DNA of 63,259 bases, filler included, from Licmophora abbreviata (Eukaryota), in assembly GCA_900291995.1 (NCBI GenBank). It is 43 parts of 43 records of this genome, joined end to end, with 100 filler letters (N's around TTAATTAATTAA, not from the genome) between each part and the next. Parts side by side here need not be neighbours in the genome. Positions count along the whole stretch, not along the records: positions 1 to 1,439 come from OLMU01006575.1; positions 1,540 to 2,976 come from OLMU01006576.1; positions 3,077 to 4,504 come from OLMU01006577.1; positions 4,605 to 6,031 come from OLMU01006578.1; positions 6,132 to 7,556 come from OLMU01006579.1; positions 7,657 to 9,081 come from OLMU01006580.1; positions 9,182 to 10,595 come from OLMU01006581.1; positions 10,696 to 12,101 come from OLMU01006582.1; 35 more parts are not named here. One strand, given 5' to 3'. A model generated the notes under the pieces. It ran no database searches. It saw nothing but the letters and a program-made list of their open reading frames with translations, and had not been told where the DNA came from. This document shows, piece after piece, positions 1 through 11,659 of the stretch; positions within the stretch are counted from its first letter, which is position 1; every line of letters starts with the position of its first letter. The translations under genes were made by a program, and so were the position numbers.

Positions 1-1439
1 GATCAATTTTCAAAATTCTCTTACGTGCATCTTCAACAGAGTACAGGAGCCGACGAAACAATCGAAGCTCTGCAAGCCTTCGAAAAGCTATGCGACAGTC
101 ATGGCGTCATTCCCCAGCACTACCACGCCGACAACGGAATTTTTGCCGACAACAAGTTCAAGGCAGCTCTTGCGTCGCGAGGGAGAACTCTTACATTCTG
201 TGGCGTCAACGCTCATCATCAGAATGGTATCGCCGAGCGCAGGATTAGAGACATCCAGGATCAAGCCAGGACTCAACTCATCCATGCAAAAGCTCGATGG
301 CCCGACGCAATCACCGCTCAACTATGGCCATATGCAATCCGTCATGCAAACGACCTGCAGAATCACACCATCAATCTGCAGACGAACAAGGTTCCCATCG
401 AATGCTTCTCAAGAAGCCCAGTCCAAGTCAACTTGGATCAATGGCGACACTTTGGATGCCCCATCTATGTCCTCGACTCACGTCTCCAATCAGGAAAGAA
501 AATCCCCAAGTGGTCCAACCGTGCGCGAGTAGCAATCTATCTGGGAAGATCACCTCATCATGCAAGATCAGTGGCCCTCTGTCTATCTCTTGAAACAGGA
601 CTGACCTCTCCCCAGTTCCATGTACGATTCGACTCTGCCTTTCGCACTACCAGGAAAGGTGCAGCATTTGCTCTTCCAGAGAGCAAGTGGCAATCAAAGT
701 GCCACTTCACCAAGAACACCATCAAGGAGACCAAGGGTCCTCAGCAAGGAGACAAACCACAAGCAGCAGAGACTCCACCAGAAGAAGAAGGAGTCACACC
801 ACCTCATGGTGAAACCATGGATCCTCCTACCCATCAGCCGGAAGAAGAGAATCCACCTCCAGATCCTGACCCTGAAGTTCCAGCTCCTGAGCCAACCATC
901 ACTCGATCCGGTCGGAGAAGCCAAGCTCCACAGCGACTGCTCGAAGTCTTCGCGACGGAAATTAGCACGTCATCAGTGCCATACGAGATCCTCAGAGACG
1001 ATCCCATCGATCTGATGGCGTACGCAGCTAGTGCCGATCCAGACACGATGTATCTTCATCAAGCTCTCAAGCAGCCAGACAGAAGACAGTTCATCGAAGC
1101 GATGGTCAAGGAAGTCAGCGATCAGACCGCAAATGGAAACTGGAGGATCATACAGCGACGACACGTGCCATCGACCGCCAAAATCCTACCAGCCGTGTGG
1201 GCGATGAAACGAAAGCGTAGAATCACCACACAGGAAGTCTACAAATGGAAAGCCCGTCTCAACATCGACGGCTCAAAGCAAGAGAAAGGCATCAACTTCT
1301 GGGAAACTTTCGCGCCAGTCGCATCATGGCCCATCATCAGGTTGATCTTATCCCTATCCATACTGCGCGGTTGGCACACGCTACAAATCGACTATGTCCT
1401 CGCCTACACGCAAGCCGAAGCCGAGACCGACAAGCTGTA
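1..1439 (+). mobile_element. Ty1/copia LTR retrotransposon pol fragment (integrase core/C-terminus, linker, start of RT), diatom CoDi-like
   Basis: ORF 25..1439: HYHADNGIF, GVNAHHQNGIAERRIR, LWPYA, FGCPIYVL, TGLTSPQFHVRFD (integrase), then KWKARLNIDGSKQ..ETFAPV..QIDYVLAYTQA (RVT_2). INT precedes RT, which is the copia order. Confidence 0.93.
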
Positions 1440-1539
1440 NNNNNNNNNNNNNNNNNNNNNNNNNNNNNNNNNNNNNNNNNNNNTTAATTAATTAANNNNN
1501 NNNNNNNNNNNNNNNNNNNNNNNNNNNNNNNNNNNNNNN
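1440..1539. other. Artificial contig linker (44 N + TTAATTAATTAA + 44 N); first of 42 identical copies
   Basis: Identical 100-nt spacer recurs about every 1.45 kb and has stops in all six frames. Confidence 0.99.
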
Positions 1540-2008
1540 AGTCGTTGGCGAAGGCGATGTTTAGGACGTGGCGGACAATCTGTATGGGGATTGGCTTGAC
1601 GCGATCGGGAGGCGGGTCTTGACGTTTGTATCCCGCCAGTTGTCGTTGTAGGCGGAAATCGATCTTGCCGAAGGTGTTGAGACGAGGGTCCGGGGCCCCC
1701 ATGGACGCAAAAGTTTGACCGACCGCGCGTAGGGAGTCCTCCACTGTTCGAGCCCGGACTGGTTGGTGACGGGGTGCAATTGCGCCAGTTCGGTAGCGGT
1801 GCATATAGACTTGGAGGAGTGTGGTTGGGTCTTCAATTTCCGAGAGGGATGCATCCACATGGAGGGACTGACAGAAAGAGGCCCATGTACGCCAGTGGGA
1901 ATCGGCGGCAGAGGCGCGCGAAGAAACAACGCCGGATCGGGCCGCCTTTTTCGCAGCGCTGAGATCGTGGCAGAAAGCATCGCGGAGTCGGGCCGGTAGA
2001 GCTGCCAC
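1540..2008 (-). mobile_element. Tyrosine recombinase N-terminal region overlapping the RNase H ORF in another frame (3'-truncated)
   Basis: WRTWASFC..DP..LQVY..RYRTG..VRARTVEDSLRAVGQ..DPRL..DFRLQRQLAGYKRQDPPPDRVKPIP. Overlap with the pol 3' end is typical of YR retroelements. Catalytic residues are not on this contig. Confidence 0.7.
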
Positions 2009-2976
2009 GGGAGGAGCTGTGGATAAGACGCATTGAAATGAGTGAGTAAGGCGTCGTCATCAAGGTGCCACAGTCTGGAGGCATCGTCAGCCATGGCGTT
2101 GAGTGGACCCGGGAGGTATGACAGCGTTGGGACATAGCGATGATAACGTTGGTGGAGCGCTTGAAGGCGGAGGAGATAGGCGGCGGAAGCGTTGGTAGAG
2201 ATGGAGCCGCGCCGATGCCAGTGAAACGCTGGTGTGTTGTCGGTACCTGTATGTACGGTGCGTTCGCGTACGTCGTACAGGTTGGAGAGGAGGTCGTGTT
2301 GAAGGACGGTGGCGGCCAACTCGAGGTCCGAATTGGTGATGGAGCCGCCCGTGTTTGTGTAGGAGACCAGCTTGCTGGTGACGTCGTCCGGGAAAGGTGC
2401 TCGCCAGACGAACGGAGTGTCGGCAGGGTGGTGATGTCGGCGTGGCACGTCCGGCGGCGGTGGGAAAACGATGCCACCTTGTCCTCGACCACTGGCATCA
2501 GTGGTACCATAGACGACCGGAGGGGTGGCGACTAGTTCGCGGAGCCGGGTCGGACGTGTTTCCAAGTTGTCAGCCAGCCAGCGGAAATCAGCGAGGGTTG
2601 CTCTGACATGGCTCGAAACCCGGATACGGCCCTTGGCAGGACGTTGTAGGGCGTCCTGCAGATGGCTGAAGAGTCCCCGGGTGCCGGGAATAGCTAAAGC
2701 CATAGACCGGAGTTCCCCGAGGATCTGTTGCCACTTTCGTATAGAAACTCGTTGTTGCTCGGGTGGGATAGCGTCCAAGATTTCCCACAAGCGGTCGATG
2801 CGGTGTGGCGGCAATTGTAAGGTTCCGCGATCGTGTCGACCAACCAACCGAGTAGTACCTTTCGAGTCGCCCACTGGCCATCCCCCTTTCGTAATTTCTT
2901 GATGGAGATTGGTTCCTGTCTGGTGGCCGGATCGGTCGGTGCTAACGGGCGGAAAACCTGGTCGAGGGTGTGGAAT
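1561..2976 (-). mobile_element. Tyrosine-recombinase (DIRS/Ngaro-like) retroelement: RT C-terminus + RNase H, 1-nt frameshift near 2825
   Basis: FHTLDQVFRP..QEPISIKKLRKGDG.W.TRKVLLGWLVDT aligns with the RT at 50442-51789. RNase H motifs YGTTDASGRGQGG, ITNSDLELAA, TDNTPA, YLPGPLNAMADDASR. Confidence 0.85.
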
Positions 2977-3076
2977 NNNNNNNNNNNNNNNNNNNNNNNN
3001 NNNNNNNNNNNNNNNNNNNNTTAATTAATTAANNNNNNNNNNNNNNNNNNNNNNNNNNNNNNNNNNNNNNNNNNNN

Positions 3077-4504
3077 CAAGAAGACTCAGTGACGATGGAT
3101 GTAAACAGTTCCAAGGGGTCGATTGAGATCTCGGGGTCGGCGAAAGCGCTGGAGGCGGCCAAGGCGGAGATTGATCGCATCACAAAGGCCATCGAGGTGC
3201 GAGCGGAAATCTCCGAGGAGCTAGCGCAATTTCTTGCTGGAAGGGTAAGGTTTCTATCGTTTTCGATCGATCGACATGTCATGGCATCTAACACTCACGC
3301 ACCTCGTTCATTTTATAGCACATTACCATACTCGACGAACTTCGTGTGAAACACCCTCTGGTTTCCTTCGATATTCCTCGTAACCAAACCGTTGTGTTGA
3401 TCCGTGGCTTGTCACAGAATATCGCGAGCGCTCAGACCGATGTGGCGAAACTTAAGGTGACGAGTGAGTCGCTCCTCGTGACGCGCCAAGAGTCAGGCAT
3501 CGTGGTTGGCCGGCGGGGCGCTACGATCAACAAGCTCGTTAAGGACCACAGCGTCACGATCAAGGTCGACGACAAGAAGGATTTCGATAACACGACAGTG
3601 ACCGTGACGGGTGCTTCTACCTGTGTGAAGGATGCCTTTGAAGCCATCGAGTCGCTGCTCGCTGACAACCGCGACGTCTCCGAGACTATTGCCGTCTCAG
3701 CGATTGTTCGAAGCTCCTTCCTGGATGGCGGTGGTACCCCTATCAAGCAACTGCAGAAATCGGTCAACGAAGAGACTACTGGAAAGGGTGGACACGTGTT
3801 GTTGTCATTCGCCAAGAATGGTGGGCTTAAGCTCAGGGGGCGGCGGACTGCCGTCGATATCGCGCTGCCGATTGTCCGGGAAGCGATCGAACTTGTCGAG
3901 TCATCCGTTGTGACAATTGACATCGAGTCGGAAATCATGCCAAGGATTATCGGCAAGGGTGGATCCAAGGTGAAAGACCTGCAAAAGCAGTACAGCGGTG
4001 TCGTAGTTGAGTTCGAGCGAGACACAGGAAAAGTCTATATTCATGGATTAGATGCAACTTCCGTGGAAGCGGTGTCGCGCCATGTCCAGCAAATTGCCGC
4101 CGCCAATCAGCTTCGCCGCATCGACTGTCCTTCTGGATCCTTGCGAATTGTGTTTCGTGACATGATGAAAAGTAAGGGCGATGAGTTGAGGGGAATGGTT
4201 ACCTCGGTTGACATCGATGATACGGCTTCACAAATTTTGATTCGCGGCTCTGCCGATATCGTAAGTGAGCAATGTGATCTGATTCTTGTATGCAGTTGAA
4301 AGCCCCTTTTTGTCGATTCAATGTACTCACCTACATTGTTTACACATCCATAGCTTGATCAGGCATCCGAAATCATCTCAGAGTACTTCACGGGAAATCA
4401 TGTCGAAGATGTCGAATACGTCGCTGAAGACGAGTCTGTCTTGGTGGCAGGGGGCAAGGAAAGTGTTGTAAGCAAGGTGGCATTGGAATTCGATGTGTCA
4501 ACCT
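3077..4504 (+). CDS. Multi-KH-domain (vigilin-like) RNA-binding protein, internal fragment; introns 3245-3318 and 4261-4353
   Basis: GxxG loops VVGRRGATI and IIGKGGSKV. Removing the two GTAAG..TAG introns gives one open frame (FLAGR|HITILDE, SADI|LDQASE). Confidence 0.85.
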
Positions 4505-4604
4505 NNNNNNNNNNNNNNNNNNNNNNNNNNNNNNNNNNNNNNNNNNNNTTAATTAATTAANNNNNNNNNNNNNNNNNNNNNNNNNNNNNNNNNNNNNNNN
4601 NNNN

Positions 4605-5684
4605 CACGCCGATCTCGATCACGGTGGCGCGGTTCGGCTCGTCCGGGCTCATGAACAGGCCCATCATCCATTCCGGCAGCGCCAGAAACAGCACCATCGT
4701 CGCCGCCGCCACCAGCCCCGACATCACCAGAACCACCGTCGCCCCATCGCGCAGCCCTTGCGCATCGGACCGCCCATGCGCCTGGCCCGCGCGCACCGTG
4801 GCCACGTTCGACAGACCCAGATGCACCATGAACACCACCGACGTGACCTGCAGCGCGATGCCGTGCGCCGCCAGCGGCAGCGCCCCCAGCCAGCCCATCA
4901 TGATCGACGAGGCGGCAAACAGCCCCACTTCCGCCAGATTGGTGATCCCGATCGGCCAGCCCAGCCGGAACACCTGCGCCAGCGCCTCCCGGTCAGGGCG
5001 CCAGATCCTCTGGAAAAGCGCGTGATCGGGCTGCGCCCTTGCGGCATAGACCGCCATCGCCACAAGTGACGCGGCATTCACCACCAAAGATGCGATCGCC
5101 GCCCCCCGCACCCCCAATTCGGGAAAGCCCCAATTGCCGAAAATCAGCGCATAGTTGATCACCACGTTCAACCCGACCGCCACCAGCGTGATCCACAGCA
5201 CGATCTGCGTGCGCTCCAGCGCCGCCAGATAGGATTTCAGCACCATCACCAGCAGGGCTGGCAGAATGCCCCATCCCATGATCGACAGGTACTGCCCCGC
5301 CAGCACCGCGATATCCGGGTCCTGCCCGAGCGCCTCGAAGATCGGCCGCGCCAACAGCATCAGGGGCAGCGTGGCGATCCCGAACAGGATCGACGCCCAG
5401 GCCCCCATCCGGGTGACGCGCCGGATCTGCGTCTCGTTGCCCGCCGCCCGTGCCGAGGCCACCATCGGCATCACCGCCCAGGCAAAGCCCGATCCCATGA
5501 TGAACAGCACGAAAAACAGCGTGCCCCCCAGCACTTCGGCGGCCAGCGCCTCGACCGAATACCAGCCCAGCATCAGCGCATCGGTCAGCGTGATGGCGAA
5601 CTGCGCCACATGGCTGCCGATCAGCGGCAGGCCCAGCCCGATGATGGCGCTGGCGTGATGGCGATATCTCGGCGCTCTGGTCAT
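4605..5684 (-). CDS. Bacterial MATE family efflux transporter (NorM-like), 3'-truncated
   Basis: GLPLIGSHVAQFAITLTDALMLG, LIFGNWGFPELGVRGAAIAS, LAAHGIALQ; GC-rich alphaproteobacterial style. Confidence 0.92.
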
Positions 5685-5734
5685 GATCGGGCCATAGGTC
5701 GGGACAGCTCGAGGCGCAAGCGATGCCTCCCGCC

Positions 5735-6031
5735 TCAGAGCGCGCCGCGCAACAGATGTAGCGCCACCGCCGCGATCAACGCGCCGATCGCCGCCTCGAG
5801 AAGGGGCAGGGCGCGCGCCGCCGCGCCGTCATGGGCACTCAGCCGACCCAAGAGGCCCGTGCGCATGGTGACGGCGGCAATCGCCACCGCGATGGTCACG
5901 CTTGCCGTGCCAAGCGCCATGACGAAGGCGCCGATGATCCCCGCCATGTCGATCCCCATCCGCCATGTCAGGATCAGCAGGAAAAGCGCGCCGGTGCAGG
6001 GCCGGATCGCCACCGCCGCGATCAGCACCAG
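5735..6031 (-). CDS. Bacterial nickel/cobalt transporter (NicO/RcnA-like), C-terminal fragment
   Basis: [12 protein letters not shown] and VMALGTA motifs within hydrophobic helices. Confidence 0.75.
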   Translation of the reverse strand: MVLIAAVAIRPCTGALFLLILTWRMGIDMAGIIGAFVMALGTASVTIAVAIAAVTMRTGLLGRLSAHDGAAARALPLLEAAIGALIAAVALHLLRGAL

Positions 6032-6131
6032 NNNNNNNNNNNNNNNNNNNNNNNNNNNNNNNNNNNNNNNNNNNNTTAATTAATTAANNNNNNNNNNNNN
6101 NNNNNNNNNNNNNNNNNNNNNNNNNNNNNNN

Positions 6132-6765
6132 GGTGAGGATGTTGACTTCGTCCAAGAGTGCAGCCTCGTCTTCTTCACTGAATTTGCGTCGATTGACACA
6201 CTTGATGGCAAAGGTGGTAGTAGTATTGGAAGACCGGTGATGTCCCTCTCGCACCGTACTAAAGGCACCCGTCCCCAAGACGCCCTTGAGTCGATAGAGT
6301 TCTTCAAAGCGCATGCCACTGCTACTGCCTGGTTGGGGTGTATCAAAGTAGTTTGAATCAAAAGTGGTAGTGGTGGTAGTGGGAATGTCGGAGGGATCCA
6401 GAGTCGTCGTCGTCGTCGTCGTCGTCTGTCATTGTTGTGTTGGCGGTGGTCTTGTTTTGTTCCGTTTGAGTGTTCATTGCAGTAGAAATCGTCTTTTTGC
6501 GACTGTCCTTGGGGTGCGAGACCAAGACGGGCAGTGCCGTGTTGTTGTTGTGAGGGTGGTCCGTAGACGTAGTGCGAGTACCAGTAGAAGTCTTCCAGGA
6601 TGTCTGCTGATTCGGAGCACGGACGGTAGTGGTCGGAGACGGCTTCTTCTGTTGGCTAGAGTAGCGACTCTGTTCGACCAGTGTTGATGGTGTTGGTGTT
6701 GATGGTGTTGTTGATGGTGTTGATACTGTAGGAAGTCCAACAGACGACGACAACGACAATGACAA
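6132..6765 (-). CDS. Ser/Thr protein kinase (CAMK-like) N-terminus with low-complexity leader; 1-nt frameshift near 6394
   Basis: LGTGAFSTV glycine loop, FAIKCV, helix-C EVNIL. ORF 6358..6765 joins in frame if one base of GGG 6393-6395 is removed. Confidence 0.75.
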
Positions 6766-6929
6766 GGGACTGTGTTGGTGTGAGTACGAATTGTATTCGT
6801 ACTGCTAATGTATGAAGTAGTAGTGGTAGATAGTAGTAGTAGTAGTATAGAATAGTGTGTCAGTTGCAATAGGAAAACTGGAGTCTATAAATTCCAAACC
6901 AATCAAACTATCCACGTACCCGATCTGTT

Positions 6930-6961
<32 letters not shown>

Positions 6962-7230
6962 TTGCTGTTTGGAGGGTCCACAGCCCATCGAGACAACAGA
7001 GGAGAAATGTACCTTTCTCGTTCAAGAAAGACGACAACACACAGCACAAACGAGGAGATGCTGGATTGATTCGATTGATTCTTGTGGCATCCCATGATAG
7101 GCCCAAGGGTCATTTTGGACTGACTGACTCGACTCGACTCTGTCCTTCCAACACACGCTCGGTCCGTGCGTTGGGAATGACCGTGACGGAAGATGGACAG
7201 ACAGGGATGGATGGATGGAATGATGGAATG

Positions 7231-7274
7231 ATTCATTCATTCATTCATTCATTCATTCATTCATTCATTCATTC
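7231..7274. repeat. (ATTC)11 microsatellite in an SSR-rich divergent intergenic region
   Basis: Read directly; neighbouring (GTA)n, (TGTTGC)n and (ATCAT)n tracts. Confidence 0.95.
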
Positions 7275-7453
7275 CACCAGCAGCCTTGCGCGCGTTTCTC
7301 ACAACCACAAAAACACTCATCGTCCCTCCACACACAGCACTCGAGCATTCACTCACTTGTTGCATCTCGTTCGCTCTACAATCATATCATATCATATCAT
7401 ATCATAGGACTACAATCAAATCACATCACATCATATCACATCACACTACCAAC

Positions 7454-7556
7454 ATGGCTCCCTTTGGCCCCCTCGGACGCATCGTCCTGCAAGTCGTCGT
7501 TCCCGTCGTGGCCGTTCTTGCCCGTGCCTTGCCTGCAGCCTATCAAGCGGCACTTC
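7454..7556 (+). CDS. PAM16: Mitochondrial import motor subunit Pam16/Tim16, N-terminus
   Basis: MAPFGPLGRIVLQVVVPVVAVLARALPAAYQAAL resembles the Pam16 N-terminal hydrophobic segment (..V.RAF..AY.QA); only 34 codons visible. Confidence 0.55.
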
Positions 7557-7656
7557 NNNNNNNNNNNNNNNNNNNNNNNNNNNNNNNNNNNNNNNNNNNN
7601 TTAATTAATTAANNNNNNNNNNNNNNNNNNNNNNNNNNNNNNNNNNNNNNNNNNNN

Positions 7657-9081
7657 CGCCCAGAACAACAAAGACGCCTACGCCCTACTGCAACGACTCG
7701 GCCGCTTCGCGCACGAATCTGACGACCTCTTTCGACGCCCCCGGCCTCCAGCCAACGTCGAGCGCCACCCGGTCCGCAGAGGGAGAAACAACCCACAAGA
7801 ATGCAGCTGTCACCCGATGCCCATCGACCCCGACCGGTTGATTGTTACGAATGCTCCAGGTCGCCCCAACATCGCCCACGCTCCGCTACGGCCACCGGCT
7901 CGACCTCCGCTTCGCCCCAACAAGTCCAAGCCCCGTCGCCATCGACCCACCCAGCAGACCGACCGTCGCTCTCTACCCGCCTTTGTTGCCCATCATGCCT
8001 CCGCGACGATTCGAAACGTCGCCCACGCCATCCGCTCCAGCCTCGTGGCACGACCAGAGACAGCCCACCACCTCGGGCCCCATCGAAACCACATCGTGTG
8101 GGACTCTGGCGCAAGCATCAGCGTCACACACACGGCCTCCGACTTCACCAGTGACATCGACGCTGCTCCAGAGGGAGCCACACTGCAAGGTGTGGGGAAA
8201 AGCGTCTCCGTCACAGGCACTGGCACCGTCACTTGGAAAATTCCCGACACCTCAGGCACCCTACGAGACATTGAAGTGCCGGCCCTCCTCGTCCCTGGCG
8301 CAACCCAACGTCTCCTCAGCACGTCGTCCCTCCTCCAGCACTACCCCGACGAAACGATCACCCTCGAACACGGTAGATTGTCGCTGAGTGGATCCTCCGC
8401 GAACGAAAATCAGCCTCTCCGTCACCCAGTTGCTGCACTCATCGATCCAGCCACGAACCTCCCCATCAGCATTTGCTACGACGCTGACGCCGGCTCCAAG
8501 ATCAATCGAGCCTTCAACTCGGCTCTCTCCACCGTGTCTCGACGGAACTCCAACCTCAGCCCAGCCGAAAAGGAACTCCTACGATGGCACTACCGCCTCG
8601 GCCACCTCTCCCAGAAGCAGATCCAGTTCCTCATGCGAACTGGAGTCCTCGCCCACACCGAAGCAGCCCGCCGTCTCCAAACTGCAGCAAGCAAGCTAAC
8701 CGATCGCCCTCTCTGTGCCGCCTGCCAGTACGGAAAACAGCGCCAACGACCCTCTCCTGGACTCCGCAGCACCATCGTCAAGGACCGACACGGTGCTCTC
8801 CGCGAAAAGGACCTCTTCCCAGGGCAGAAAGTCTCCGTCGATCACTTCGTCTGCTCTACGCGAGGCCGTCTTCCACACACCTACGGCAAAGAAGACACCA
8901 AGCTCCAGTTCTCCGGCGGCGCCATCTTCGTCGACCATGCATCTGGCATGATCTTTGTCAAGGAACAGGTACATCTGAACACGCATGAGACAATCGAAAG
9001 CAAGACGGCATACGAGAAGCACTGCCGCGATTTCGGCGTCACACCACAGACTTACCTCTCCGACAACGGATCCGCCTTCAC
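7657..9081 (+). mobile_element. Ty1/copia pol fragment: aspartic protease, GAG-pre-integrase, integrase N-terminus
   Basis: IVWDSGASISVT, LLRWHYRLGH, CAACQYGKQ, PGQKVSVDHF, IFVDHASG, LSDNGSAF. Confidence 0.92.
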
Positions 9082-9181
9082 NNNNNNNNNNNNNNNNNNN
9101 NNNNNNNNNNNNNNNNNNNNNNNNNTTAATTAATTAANNNNNNNNNNNNNNNNNNNNNNNNNNNNNNNNNNNNNNNNNNNN

Positions 9182-10595
9182 ACATACCACTGTCGGCACC
9201 ACTCTAAGAGTGCTGCGTCCTCCTCCGTGGTATGGGCCCTATGATCCGCGCGCCGCCGGCAATCCGAATTGCACATTCCTTTCACATGATAGGAGAGGCA
9301 CGCTTCAGAACCGCCGGCGCGTGGTGGACGATTGCCTGCCCCGGCCCGACTCAACACATCGATAATCCGCAGGTTCAGTGCTGCAAACGGCGCGAAGGCC
9401 GAGTTAGCTGAGGCGTTCCGTTCCGGCGTTTGGCGTTGCCCGACCCCACTTGGCGTATTAGCAGTGGGGGGGGGGGGCGCAGCCGGCGGCAATGGAGCTG
9501 GGACCTCAGGACTCGGCCTCGGCGTCTCGTAGTACTGAGCTGGAAGCGTAGGTTCCCAAGGGGTCTGGAGCTGGATCTCCTGCAGTAAGCGCTCAAAATC
9601 CGGCGCTCTCACATCTGCCATGGAAGCGGCTTGCTGCGAGAACCACAGCGAAAGCCGCAACTGAACCCAACGCACCGCTAAGGCCGGTAGGCCCACTGTC
9701 CCTCGCGTGTGTACGTTCAGGAGCTGATTCTGACTGGACCCCCACGCCCTCCAAAAGTTATCAAAGGCGATAACGACCGGATGAGCGTGGGAGAGCAAAA
9801 CGTGGAGCGCGATCCGCGTGTTGGTGAGGCAGATCATGGCCTGAGTCAGTGTATCGGGAAGCTTCCCGCTGACCGTAGACCGATTGAACGTCGCTGCTTC
9901 CGCCAAACTGGGTGCGCCTACCCCTTGTTGCATGAGCTGGTACCGCTCGATCGTTTCGTACGCGGCCGCACGCTCGACCGCTGTCTGGAACCCGAAAGTG
10001 AAGCAGTGGATGCCCGTGCTCAGGTCGTCGCTGTTCGTCATCTCAAACGACAAGTTGCGTATCTTGGTAACGATGTCGGGGGTGATTGGTACGTCACTTC
10101 CCGGCAAATTGAGCTCCTGATGCGCCGTGGCGTTGAAAGCCTGCTGGATAACCAACACGTCCTGCTTCTTGGGGGAACTCGCTAAGTCCTTCCACAATTG
10201 AGGCAAGGCGTCTTCATTGGCCACCTGACAGACTCGGAGAAGCTTGGATACCCCAACCATCCCGAAGTACTTGGTAGGAGTCTTGGCACCATCCACGAGG
10301 CGGCGGTCCAAGTCTGCCTGCCGACTCGCCCGGTTGTCGGCCACCAACTCATTCAGGCCCGCCGCAATAGCGTTGCCCGCCGCTTGGGTAGCCCCCCCTC
10401 CCAGTGCTGGTAAGTCTCGCACTACTAGATCCCACCGCCGCTCCACGAGGGCGGGCAGCGCGAGAGGAATCTCTGGGAAGGCACGACCAATACGCGAGAT
10501 AGCCATGCCCGCGTCCTTAACCAGGGCCACGCGAAGCCAGTCTAAAACCGGGGCACAGTCCTCCGCATTGCCGTCGTTCACGATCGCGCCGCCGA
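9182..10595 (-). mobile_element. Putative ORF1/gag-like protein of a YR retroelement with C-terminal CCCH zinc finger
   Basis: Intronless ORF spanning the contig, Pro-rich linker, CLSYHVKGMCNSDCRRRADH; clearly homologous to 28548-29920. The link to the YR element is inference. Confidence 0.55.
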
Positions 10596-10739
10596 NNNNN
10601 NNNNNNNNNNNNNNNNNNNNNNNNNNNNNNNNNNNNNNNTTAATTAATTAANNNNNNNNNNNNNNNNNNNNNNNNNNNNNNNNNNNNNNNNNNNNAGAGT
10701 AGAGAGTCAGATTAAATGATAGACTTTCATACAATTATG

Positions 10740-11659
10740 CATCACAATCTCATCGTATGAATCCGGATTGATCTCGCTTCTAGAAACTCTAGGAGGGTAG
10801 TTGAGACGAAACAGTAATAAGTAATACGGCGACAACGGCTGCTGACAAAGATCCATCGAGCCTTGGAGATCCTTGCAGCGAAACGTGATAAGGTATGGAG
10901 TCGGCCCACAGCGAACACCGAGCTCAACGCTTCTAGAATTCAGATCAAGGCACAGATCACTGCCTTCAGAAATCGCTTCTTCCTGTATGAATTGATTCGT
11001 TTCGGTTTGTCATCTCGCCCTCTTTGATTCCTTGCAGCACGAACTCTGTGTATGGGTCCTCGTCCTCCGGGAACCAATGACCCAAGGCCACTTGCAACCT
11101 GGAATCTTAACATTACGTCAATTTCAGCACCCTCAAGCATGTCTCTGTACCACTCGGATGGACGCACATAGTGAGAGCCTCTGTGACCAACGGTACAGTC
11201 CACTTTCACCACATCGGCATCCGTTGGAGCCTGAAACAGGTCCTTACCATCAAACACACTTCGGGCGTCTCCTACATGTCGAATGCGACGAACTCTTCCA
11301 GGAGGGAGGTTGCGTTTGCTCGACGAACGTCTTTTACGAAACTCTGTCTTGGCGAACGTCTCGACAGGTCCGAACTCGCTTTGAAAGAATCGTTCCAAGT
11401 CTCTCACATGGTTGGGATTGTTCAAGTCCTTGGCGTTGGTGACGAAAACAGTCCGACTCAGAATGTCCTTTTCTTTGGCAACGACTTGTGCCAAGTGTTC
11501 CTTCTTGTGAATTTTACGAGACTCGTACTGTATGGCGTCATTCATGGACCGCACCATAGCATTTTCGCCGTACTGCCTGCCGAGTCTTGCGGCTTCAGAA
11601 CGACGACGACGTTTGCGGCGTGCTATTCTGTTTTTCTCTGCCAACGAGCTTGAAATCAA
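10740..11659 (-). pseudogene. Disrupted gene with RRM-like N-terminus, possibly the N-terminal half of an RNAi RNA-dependent RNA polymerase
   Basis: RTVFVTN..LERFF..EFGPVE (RRM-like); other frames give LQVALGHWFP and YLITFRCKDL..YYLLLFRLNYPPRV. At least two frameshifts. Confidence 0.4.

Noticed and set aside
1..2976. Copia integrase next to a YR retroelement as one hybrid element
   Set aside because: They are on separate contigs joined by a linker.
4624..6083. Long antisense and alternate-frame ORFs in GC-rich contigs
   Set aside because: Shadow ORFs expected from high GC opposite well-supported genes.
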